Positions 17,129-24,255 of a stretch of DNA of 24,555 nt are shown here, piece by piece. The translations under genes and the position numbers were made by a program. This stretch comes from Acaryochloris thomasi RCC1774 (GTDB lineage: Bacteria > Cyanobacteriota > Cyanobacteriia > Thermosynechococcales > Thermosynechococcaceae), in assembly GCF_003231495.1 (NCBI RefSeq), contig NZ_PQWO01000039.1, forward strand, positions 1 to 24,555. Direction: 5' to 3'. Numbering within the stretch: the stretch's first letter is position 1; every line of letters starts with the position of its first letter. The notes under the pieces are model-generated. The model had not been told where the DNA came from, ran no database searches, and worked only from the letters and a program-made list of their open reading frames with translations.

Positions 17129-17345
17129 ATAGCGATTTAGCGAAATCTATCTTTAGCTAAATCGTTCCTAATAGCAACTGAAGAAACTCAGCTAACAATC
17201 TCGCTAAACAGCGACTTCGTGTTTTCGCTAAATAGCGAAAACACGAAAAGAGTGATACTGTATTTCCGTGAAACAGGTTTTCAGAGATAAAGCATATGCG
17301 TGTTTTCGTTCTAGCGCGAAAACGGTCTTTAGCGAAATAGCGAAC
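17129..17345. repeat. Array of TAGCGAA/TTCGCTA motifs and palindromes upstream of parA (putative partition site and operator)
   Basis: TAGCGATTTAGCGAAAT (17130..17146); the 13-2-13 perfect palindrome CGTGTTTTCGCTA AA TAGCGAAAACACG (17218..17245); GTTTTCG...CGAAAAC (17302..17323); TAGCGAAATAGCGAAC (17330..17345). There is an extra TCGCTAAA at 16897..16904. Confidence 0.6.
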
Positions 17346-17349
17346 AATT

Positions 17350-17991
17350 ATGACTGAGTTTATCGGCCTCATCTCACAAAAAGGGGGAGTTGGTAAAAGT
17401 ACGATGGCCCGTTTGATCGCGCGGGAATATGCAGCAGCGAAGTGGGATGTCAAAATCGCGGATCTGGATACCTCCCAAGGTACAAGCACGGAGTGGAAGC
17501 TCCGCCGTGAGGAAAATGGTCTTAAGCCAGAAATTGCTGTCGAGCCGTTCCGAAGCGTGAAGCAGGCACTCAAACATGCTTCGACCTATGACCTCATAGT
17601 ATTTGACGGTCCACCACATTCGATGGCGGGCACTGTAGACATTGCTCAAGCTTCAAAGCTAGTTGTATTGCCCACAGGTCTCTCATTGGATGATCTTCGG
17701 CCTACAATCCGCCTAGCTCATGAGCTAGTAGAAAATAGCATCGATCAAGAAAAGATCGCCTTGGCTCTCTGCAGAGTAGGAGATCGAGAGAATGAAATAA
17801 AAGAAGCACGAGCCTACATAAAAAAAGCAGGCTATACCCTACTGCAAGGCTCTATCCCAGAGAAAACAGCCTATCGGAGGGCAAGTGATGACGGTAAGGC
17901 CGTTTCTGAAGTCACATTCCTATCCCTCAAAAAACGGGCAGAAGAAGTTGCCCAAGATGCCATCAACTTAATGTCACGCGAGGCCACCTAA
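17350..17991 (+). CDS. parA: ParA-type partition ATPase (small, type Ib-like)
   Basis: Deviant Walker A LISQKGGVGKST, then DLDTSQG and VFDGPP motifs. 213 aa. Followed immediately by a small RHH protein. Confidence 0.85.
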   Translation: MTEFIGLISQKGGVGKSTMARLIAREYAAAKWDVKIADLDTSQGTSTEWKLRREENGLKPEIAVEPFRSVKQALKHASTYDLIVFDGPPHSMAGTVDIAQASKLVVLPTGLSLDDLRPTIRLAHELVENSIDQEKIALALCRVGDRENEIKEARAYIKKAGYTLLQGSIPEKTAYRRASDDGKAVSEVTFLSLKKRAEEVAQDAINLMSREAT

Positions 17992-18255
17992 ATGGCAACA
18001 AAACCACCGCCACCACCGAAAAGAAGTAAAGGGAAGGGAGAACCACCAATATCCACCGTCAAAGGTGATCCACCTACTGCGACAGATACACGTTCTAACC
18101 TTGGGAAGCCCGAGCCAGGAAAAATCATCGATATGAACTTTAAAGTTCCGGCAGAATTTAAGCGTGATTTTAAAATTGCAGCAGCGACACACGGGATGAC
18201 ACAGAAAGACTTACTTATGGAAATCTTTCACGAGTGGTCTCAGAAAAAAGGATAG
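17992..18255 (+). CDS. Small ribbon-helix-helix centromere-binding protein (ParG-like)
   Basis: The start abuts the parA stop. A Pro-rich, disordered, basic N-terminus is followed by an RHH pattern, MNFKVPAEFKRDFKIAAATHGMTQKDLLMEIFHEW. Confidence 0.65.
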   Translation: MATKPPPPPKRSKGKGEPPISTVKGDPPTATDTRSNLGKPEPGKIIDMNFKVPAEFKRDFKIAAATHGMTQKDLLMEIFHEWSQKKG

Positions 18256-18275
18256 TAGAAGTTTTCACAGAAATC

Positions 18276-18331
18276 ATTTTTAGCGAAAGAGCGTTTTAGC
18301 GAAGTTACTAAAACGCTCTTTCGCTAAAAAT
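18276..18331. repeat. Perfect 24-bp-stem inverted repeat (8-nt loop) carrying TAGCGAA motifs; a bidirectional terminator and/or a second partition site
   Basis: ATTTTTAGCGAAAGAGCGTTTTAG cgaagtta CTAAAACGCTCTTTCGCTAAAAAT, located between convergent genes. It overlaps the stop of the 124-aa ORF by 1 nt. Confidence 0.7.
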
Positions 18332-18705
18332 CATTCGATATTGCCAAAGCCTCTCACCTGCGCTCTCCGTTTGCGGATAGGTAACTTTTTGTCATCAGGT
18401 CTAGGTGCTTCAAGGGTGAAGGCTCCCATCTGCTCGTCAATGGTCAAGGCCATGACCATTTGCTGTTCTGGATCATGTGCCTCAAATTGCGCTTGTAAAC
18501 TTGATAGGCCACTATCCTCGATAAAGGTAGAGACTTGAGACGCTTTGAGAAAACGAGCTTCTAGATCACAGAACTCCGACTCAGGATAAACGTTAACCTC
18601 AAGTACACCAGGTCCCTTCTCTGACGAAAGCTCAAAATAATAGGACTTTAGATCTGGTAGTTCATCAGATATCTGTTGAAGGAGTTGCTGCTCGTCACCC
18701 GACAT
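18331..18705 (-). CDS. Hypothetical acidic 124-aa protein, third gene of the antitoxin-PIN operon
   Basis: It starts 26 bp after the PIN gene stop on the same strand. No recognisable motif. Basic C-terminal tail KKLPIRKRRAQVRGF. Confidence 0.45.
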   Translation of the reverse strand: MSGDEQQLLQQISDELPDLKSYYFELSSEKGPGVLEVNVYPESEFCDLEARFLKASQVSTFIEDSGLSSLQAQFEAHDPEQQMVMALTIDEQMGAFTLEAPRPDDKKLPIRKRRAQVRGFGNIE

Positions 18706-18731
18706 ATAAGGTCTCTCTCCAGAACAACTCC

Positions 18732-19205
18732 CTACATGTTGCCATCATCTTGGGCAAGCTCAAACTCATCATCCACCTGATCGGGAGAAACAGCCGTAAT
18801 CTCCTCGAACCGTTTGAAGTCCTTCACATTGAAGGTCAGGATATGGGTAATGCCATGAACCAGCATCGCTGCAACCAGCCTAGTGTCGTGAACCTTTGCC
18901 CCCTTGACGTTATACCTTGTCACTAGAGAGCGCCAGTGAGAGTATATTGCGGGTGTATCACCTTTAAGGATAAATGCAGCCTCTATTTCTTCAAGCTTGA
19001 TTTCTGCCTGACTAATACTCAACCCAAGCCCATTATTCTCAAGCGGTCGGGTACATACATTCCAGAACTCAGCCATAATTTGGGGAACGATCACCAGCTC
19101 TTGCTTAGCAAGATGCAGAGAACGTAACGCTGCGGCTGCTTGCTTATACTGGGGATGATCTGGTTGCTGCTTTCGTAACAGAACGTTGGTATCGACAAGA
19201 AACAT
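18732..19205 (-). CDS. PIN-domain toxin (VapC-like)
   Basis: MFLVDTNVLL, AEFWNV, VHDTRLVAAM and LTFNVKDF are PIN acidic-residue contexts. ATGA overlap with the upstream antitoxin. Confidence 0.8.
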   Translation of the reverse strand: MFLVDTNVLLRKQQPDHPQYKQAAAALRSLHLAKQELVIVPQIMAEFWNVCTRPLENNGLGLSISQAEIKLEEIEAAFILKGDTPAIYSHWRSLVTRYNVKGAKVHDTRLVAAMLVHGITHILTFNVKDFKRFEEITAVSPDQVDDEFELAQDDGNM

Positions 19206-19450
19206 CAGCCGCGTGATGAATATAGATTTTCTCGGCTGATCGCTTCGTCAGAGAGTAAAGGAGCATCAGGGATGGTCGAAGCCATGAAGACTTCAAAAGC
19301 TTTACGCCGCTGTTCTACCTCACTTTGAACAGAAGTAGTCTGCTGTTGCTCTGGTAGATCCAGAACAATCACCCGTACTCGATGACCTTGCAGCTCAGGG
19401 GCATGGGTTAAGACTTCTTCCCAGGTTCCTTCAAGTGTTTGCCCAGTCAT
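19205..19450 (-). CDS. Putative antitoxin for the PIN toxin
   Basis: 81 aa, with a 1-nt ATGA overlap with the PIN gene. The C-terminal ...LSDEAISRENLY resembles cyanobacterial PIN-associated antitoxin tails. Confidence 0.6.
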   Translation of the reverse strand: MTGQTLEGTWEEVLTHAPELQGHRVRVIVLDLPEQQQTTSVQSEVEQRRKAFEVFMASTIPDAPLLSDEAISRENLYSSRG

Positions 19451-19681
19451 CCCAAAATCTCCGCGTACTGCCTAAAGTCTAGCAACAACATTACAAGATT
19501 TTTTAGCATCGCCTATTCACTGCCGCCCATCAACCTAAAACCGCTTGAAGCGGAAGAGGCCCAATATTAAAAGTGCAATACTTCAATTCAGCCAATCATT
19601 CTCAACATCCTCCACCCATTCTCAATAACCAATCCTTCACTTCAAAAGATCAACGCATTCGCAAGCATTAGCCCCTAGTAT

Positions 19682-19704
19682 GTAATGAAATTACCTTTCA
19701 TTAC
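19682..19704. promoter_or_regulatory. 9-5-9 perfect inverted repeat immediately upstream of the recombinase start (candidate core recombination site or operator)
   Basis: GTAATGAAA ttacc TTTCATTAC ends 3 nt before the ATG at 19708. Confidence 0.4.
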
Positions 19705-19707
19705 GTT

Positions 19708-20274
19708 ATGGATTTTGAAATTAAAAAGCCTAAGAGTAAGGCGGCTCGAAAACAAAATGGAAGTGGAAAGGCGAGGGTGCTTTCTAGCGATGAGGCTAGG
19801 GAGCTGTTTGAAGGGGGGTTTGTCAGGGACCGCGATCGCGCTTTGTTTGGAATCTGCTATTTCTGTGGGTGCCGCATTGGGGAGGCGCTGCAGTTGAAAC
19901 GAGAGAATATTGATCTAAAGCTGGGGGTGATTACGTTTCCCAAGGGGATTACGAAGGGGAAAATTCAGACAAGGCAGTTGGAGGTTGGGGCGACGCTGTT
20001 GCAGTTGCTGGAATGGTATGAGGAGATGCCGTCGCAGGGGTACATTTTTCCGGCTCATGCGAAGGCAGTGAAGAATGGGTATTTATCGACCGTGCAGGCG
20101 CATCGGATTTTAAGGGCGGCTTGTGACACAGTGGGGTTGGAGGGGGTAAGTACACACTCTTTTAGGAGAAGCTATATTACGGGACTGTGGAAGCAGAAGA
20201 TGAGTCCTTGGAAAATTAAGCAGTTCTCTGGGCATAAGTCGATGGCTTCGCTGATGGAATACCTAGAAGCTTAA
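19708..20274 (+). CDS. Small tyrosine recombinase (phage-integrase family catalytic domain only)
   Basis: Catalytic residue contexts: CGCRIGEAL (Arg), HSFRRSYIT (His-x-x-Arg), GHKSMASLMEYL (His ... Tyr). Only 188 aa. Confidence 0.8.
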   Translation: MDFEIKKPKSKAARKQNGSGKARVLSSDEARELFEGGFVRDRDRALFGICYFCGCRIGEALQLKRENIDLKLGVITFPKGITKGKIQTRQLEVGATLLQLLEWYEEMPSQGYIFPAHAKAVKNGYLSTVQAHRILRAACDTVGLEGVSTHSFRRSYITGLWKQKMSPWKIKQFSGHKSMASLMEYLEA

Positions 20275-20538
20275 GTCAGAGGACAGTACAGTTAATCAAC
20301 GAAAATAGATTAAGGAAAGTTTGCATAACTGTGAATAGATTCTCTGATAGCTAAGAGGATATCTATAAAATTTTCATTCACAAATCAATCTAAATATATT
20401 TTTCTAGAGATAATTTACGAATCAATATTTCATGTTATATGTAATATCAGGTGGGAAAACGCAAAAAACTGGAGTAAGTTTAATCCAGTCAATCTAATAT
20501 CCATAACACTGAACCTCATAGTACATTAGCAATTTACT

Positions 20539-20577
20539 AGACTGTATATTTAATTCGTACTATTAAATATACAGTCT
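20539..20577. repeat. 15-bp perfect AT-rich inverted repeat with a 9-nt loop
   Basis: AGACTGTATATTTAA ttcgtacta TTAAATATACAGTCT, in the AT-rich spacer between the recombinase and the pentapeptide gene. Confidence 0.5.
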
Positions 20578-20873
20578 AATAAATTTATTTTCTGTTGAGG
20601 GTATTTTTGCTAGAAAAATGCAGTATTGGTAATAACAGCAAATATTCATATTCTTTAGTGTTTAAAATTACTACAGAAGCATAATAACTAACCCACAGAG
20701 AAAAGATAGGAATAGAAATTTTTTTGCTTTTTGACCTGCAGTTGAAATAGTGAGCCATACTTTTCGCTGCCAGCATTAAGGATGTGTCCACATCAAATTT
20801 ATAGAGCGCAAAGTATTTGATTGGTAAGTCCTCAAAAGACTATTTCAATTAAGTTTACTTAAAGGAACCTCAT

Positions 20874-22718
20874 ATGTCCGGTAAAAGAAAGACATTGAAG
20901 ATAATTGAAAGAGGAAGCATCTGGGCCAGTATCTTTTTAGTCTTATCAGGTGCTATAGCTGGTGCATCAATATCTATACTCCGAAAACAACCTAATGAAA
21001 ATCATAATCCTTGGTTCTACATAATTGGAGCTTTGGCAGGCTTAGCATTAGCTTTAACTGGATTTCTACTTTATAAGCATCCATGGTCAAAGTGGTCCGG
21101 GTTCTCTTCAAAAAAACTTTGGGACTGGCTAAATTTGCTAATTGTACCCATTATTTTAGCCGTTGGTGCCTTCTTTTTTGACTTTCAGTCTGGCATACGA
21201 AATAGTATCATTATTGAGAAGCAAAATCAACAAGAAGCACTTAAAAACTATTTCTCACAAATGAAAGATTTGGTGAGTACTGAAAGAATAAATAAAGGCA
21301 GAAACTCACAGAATACAGATAAAATCGCTGAATCTCTTACATTGGCTGTTTTGAATGAGCTTAGTGGCGACCAAAAAGGTCAGATACTAAAATTTCTTCA
21401 CAATATAAATAAAACGAGGATTAATAAGGATAAAGATTGTATTCTTGAAAAAAGAATCAGTGTATTATCAGAAATATCTCTTGAATCAGCTAATCTTGCA
21501 AAAGCTAACTTAGAGAATATGGATCTAAGTTGTATCAATCTGAAAAAATCTAATCTTACAAAAGCAAATATTAAAGGAGCTAATTTAAAAGGGGCAAATA
21601 TTGAAGGGGCTAATCTCGAAGGAGCTTCTCTAGAATTAGCAAATCTAAATGGAGTCATACTCAATAAAGAGACAAACATTGATTCTAAATGGTCTTCAGT
21701 AGTCGACATTTTTAGTCAACTCAACACAAATAAGGAATATGAAGGTTACGATCTTAGAGATGCTCATTTAGCTGGATTAGACCTTAAAAATGCCAATCTA
21801 AAAAATTCTAATTTAAGAAATACTAATCTTGAAAATGTAGATCTAAGTGGAGCAAACCTAGAGGGAGCTGATTTAAGAGGGGCCAATCTTATAAAAGCAA
21901 ATATTAAAGATACGAAGATTAATATTGATACGAAGTTAGACCCAAAAGCACATTTATATTGGAGTCTTATAAATATACGAGAAATAGGTCATAACTTAAA
22001 TGAGTACAACTTGAAAGAAGCTAATTTGCGCAGAGCTTATTTAGTCCAATCAACATTGAATTTTGCCAACATGGAAAAAGCCGATTTGAGAGATTCATTT
22101 CTAAGATCTTCCAACTTGGATTATTCCAATTTACGAGAAGCAGTTCTCTCTAGTGAAAACTACATAACTGACTTAATTGAGGTTTCCATGATTGAAGCAG
22201 ATCTAAGTCACGCCAAGCTTGAGAATGTAATCCTCACTGGAAGCGTGCTACTGAAAGCAAACTTATACAAAGCAAATCTTAATTCAGCAGTTATAATTGG
22301 TAGTAATTTTAGGCTAGCAAACTTAGAACAAGCAAAATTGGAAAAAGCAAACTTAAGAGGAAGTAATTTATCTCAAGCAAATCTATTTAGTGCACAGATG
22401 AAATTAGCTAACTTGAGAAATACCAACTTCAAAGGAGCAATTCTCGATAGCTCTAACTTACAAAAAGCACAGCTTCAAGAGAGTGACCTGAAAAGAGCAT
22501 CATTGAGAGGAGCATCATTAAAAGGGGCAGCTCTAAGAGATGCCGATATGAGAGGAGCTGATCTAAGAGCTGCTGATTTAAGTGAAGCAGATCTTAGAGG
22601 GGTTGATCTAAGAGACGCCGATCTAAGAGGGGCTAATCTAGAAAAAGTAATTATGAATGAAGTAACCCAAATTTCTGCTAATTATTATGCTAAAGATAAG
22701 TACTTAGCTATTCAATAA
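20874..22718 (+). CDS. Membrane-anchored pentapeptide-repeat protein (3 N-terminal TM helices, linker, several pentapeptide blocks)
   Basis: TM segments IWASIFLVLSGAIAGASISIL, WFYIIGALAGLALALTGFLLY and LNLLIVPIILAVGAFFFDF. Long runs of A(N/D)LxG-type pentads follow (ANLKGANIEGANLEGASLELANL ... ADLRGVDLRDADLRGANL). Confidence 0.9.
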   Translation: MSGKRKTLKIIERGSIWASIFLVLSGAIAGASISILRKQPNENHNPWFYIIGALAGLALALTGFLLYKHPWSKWSGFSSKKLWDWLNLLIVPIILAVGAFFFDFQSGIRNSIIIEKQNQQEALKNYFSQMKDLVSTERINKGRNSQNTDKIAESLTLAVLNELSGDQKGQILKFLHNINKTRINKDKDCILEKRISVLSEISLESANLAKANLENMDLSCINLKKSNLTKANIKGANLKGANIEGANLEGASLELANLNGVILNKETNIDSKWSSVVDIFSQLNTNKEYEGYDLRDAHLAGLDLKNANLKNSNLRNTNLENVDLSGANLEGADLRGANLIKANIKDTKINIDTKLDPKAHLYWSLINIREIGHNLNEYNLKEANLRRAYLVQSTLNFANMEKADLRDSFLRSSNLDYSNLREAVLSSENYITDLIEVSMIEADLSHAKLENVILTGSVLLKANLYKANLNSAVIIGSNFRLANLEQAKLEKANLRGSNLSQANLFSAQMKLANLRNTNFKGAILDSSNLQKAQLQESDLKRASLRGASLKGAALRDADMRGADLRAADLSEADLRGVDLRDADLRGANLEKVIMNEVTQISANYYAKDKYLAIQ

Positions 22719-22764
22719 ATTGGTCAAGATAGTTTACGAAATTGAGTAGTATGGAGTTCGCCTA

Positions 22765-22935
22765 ATGAAAACAGTGACCGGAATCGTATTACTACCTCTA
22801 ACATTGAGTTATATAGTAGGTCTTCCAGCCATAACCGCCGAGACCCCCTGCTACTACAGAGAGCAGACTTATCCCCATGGCACTCGACTCGGAGCATATA
22901 TCTGCAACTGTGGTACTTGGGAACCAATACAGTAG
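22765..22935 (+). CDS. Unannotated 56-aa secreted Cys-containing peptide
   Basis: GGAG lies 8 nt upstream of the ATG. MKTVTGIVLLPLTLSYIVGLPAITA|ETPCYYREQTYPHGTRLGAYICNCGTWEPIQ* has a signal-peptide-like N-terminus. The C.Y....Y..G.....C...G.W pattern recalls DUF1496-type small proteins (from memory). The listed 67-aa minus-strand ORF is its shadow. Confidence 0.5.
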   Translation: MKTVTGIVLLPLTLSYIVGLPAITAETPCYYREQTYPHGTRLGAYICNCGTWEPIQ

Positions 22936-23124
22936 ATGGGGCTACCTTTAATTATAAATATAGACATGGTCTTGAGATGAGAAAGCTTGTATCTCACTAA
23001 TATCAGATCATCTGAGTACACTAAGTTTTCGGGCTATCTCTTTGAAACTGAGCGATGCGTAAAACAGACGCTCTAAGTCAGTAAACCCAAAATCGGCCTC
23101 AAGACTATACTGAATCAGTCTTTC

Positions 23125-23180
23125 CAGTTCCCCCTCTTATATTAACTTTTCCGTAAAAGTTAATATAAGAGGGGGAACTG
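23125..23180. repeat. 56-bp perfect palindrome (26-bp arms, 4-nt loop)
   Basis: CAGTTCCCCCTCTTATATTAACTTTT ccgt AAAAGTTAATATAAGAGGGGGAACTG, located 70 bp upstream of the 23251 ORF. Confidence 0.8.
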
Positions 23181-23250
23181 CATCTTTGAGGAAGGGTCCT
23201 ACTGTGTGTTTTATAATCAGAAACTGTGATTAATTATTTGATGTCCAACA

Positions 23251-24255
23251 GTGATGAGTGATAAGCAAGAGTCTTCTATTTCTCCTAATACATCTACAAA
23301 AAAAGTAAATGATCTGTCTTTAATTTATCCTCGTCCTGATTTAGCTTTGCCAGATGATATAAAGAACTTTTTGTTTCAGCTTTTTTCTGACTGCAACAGG
23401 AAAATATCGTATCAATTTTGCACCTTCCCAAATGCTCATGAAGAGTCTCTAGATCTAATATTTATATCTCACTTTGCATCTATGCAGGGAGCAATTAAGT
23501 TTGGTTCACATTGGACATTAAAAATTGATGCTCACTTTATTGGAGGAGGTAGACATTACCGGACATGGGAGGTAGCAGATATTGGCTTGATGGTAATGTT
23601 CCGAAAGAATGGCAAGATAACTCGTAGCAAATTAACCTTTCTACAATCCAAAAAACTGTACGCTAGTACTCTTAAGTATAAGCCTTCTGATCCTTACCAC
23701 CGCTCTGGGCTAGGAAGATTATTAGTAACGGAAGAAGAGCATAGAGATCTAGTAGAACCAAAAACTATCAATTTTTCTGAAAATTCAAAATATAAAGCAA
23801 TAAAATCAAATAATGATCAGCATATTGCGATGAGTGAATTCTCTATCGAAAACAAAATAACGCTTCACTATCTATTATATAATCCTTCAATCATACCTTG
23901 GACAATTAAATCTCCAATTGAAGAATTACCTTATGAAAACAAAAACCTAGTTGGCTGTAGAGTTATTCCTAAACCAATAATGGATAACATGCTTATAGAT
24001 AAAAACAATGATTATTCACCATCTTATAAAGATGTAAAAGAAAAATTTAAATTGGATCAATCAAATAGAGAGTCTAATGCAGGTTGGAGAATGGAGGATT
24101 TTATCTGCGATTTATTTATACAAGGTGAAGAAGGTTTAGTTGATGATTCTCCTAACTTTGAAACTATGCTTAGTATAATGAGTCGGAAAACAAGTCCTAT
24201 TTGGTGTTTAGGGTACATCGGAACAGAAAACAACGCTAAGGCTGCAGCGCTTTGA
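23251..24255 (+). CDS. PD-(D/E)xK nuclease-like hypothetical protein, 3' end interrupted by the Tn3-type miniature element at 24202/24203
   Basis: NAHEESLDLIF ... EVADIGLMVMFRKNGKITRSKLTFLQSKKL gives an E ... D-x22-QxK arrangement with hydrophobic strands after the D and before QxK. The last 17 residues (WCLGYIGTENNAKAAAL) are encoded by the transposon IR. The likely true start is the ATG at 23254. Confidence 0.55.
   Translation: MMSDKQESSISPNTSTKKVNDLSLIYPRPDLALPDDIKNFLFQLFSDCNRKISYQFCTFPNAHEESLDLIFISHFASMQGAIKFGSHWTLKIDAHFIGGGRHYRTWEVADIGLMVMFRKNGKITRSKLTFLQSKKLYASTLKYKPSDPYHRSGLGRLLVTEEEHRDLVEPKTINFSENSKYKAIKSNNDQHIAMSEFSIENKITLHYLLYNPSIIPWTIKSPIEELPYENKNLVGCRVIPKPIMDNMLIDKNNDYSPSYKDVKEKFKLDQSNRESNAGWRMEDFICDLFIQGEEGLVDDSPNFETMLSIMSRKTSPIWCLGYIGTENNAKAAAL

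Noticed and set aside
17157-17649. Minus-strand ORFs 17157..17573 and 17374..17649
   Set aside because: They run through the TAGCGAA repeat array and lie antisense to parA, which has a clear Walker A motif.
17974-18192. 72-aa minus-strand ORF (Cys/Trp/Arg-rich)
   Set aside because: It is antisense to the ParG-like gene and its composition is typical of a shadow frame.
19685-20155. ORFs 19685..19897 (+) and 19949..20155 (-)
   Set aside because: They overlap the tyrosine recombinase frame, which carries the R/HxxR/H/Y motifs.
20466-20791. 68-aa minus-strand ORF (20585..20791) with a weak minus-strand terminator (ACTGGA...TCCAGT plus T-run, 20463..20489)
   Set aside because: It has a GTG start, lies in an AT-rich spacer and has no recognisable motif, and the terminator stem is only 6 bp. 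It could be a small membrane protein, but the support is too thin to call.
21398-22660. Regular short-period repeats that might suggest a CRISPR or tandem array
   Set aside because: The periodicity is the 15-nt pentapeptide-repeat coding unit inside one long ORF. There are no unique spacers. The 103-aa minus-strand ORF (21398..21709) is its shadow.
22724-22927. 67-aa minus-strand ORF
   Set aside because: The + strand 56-aa ORF on the same DNA has an RBS and a signal-peptide-like N-terminus. The minus-strand frame looks like its shadow.
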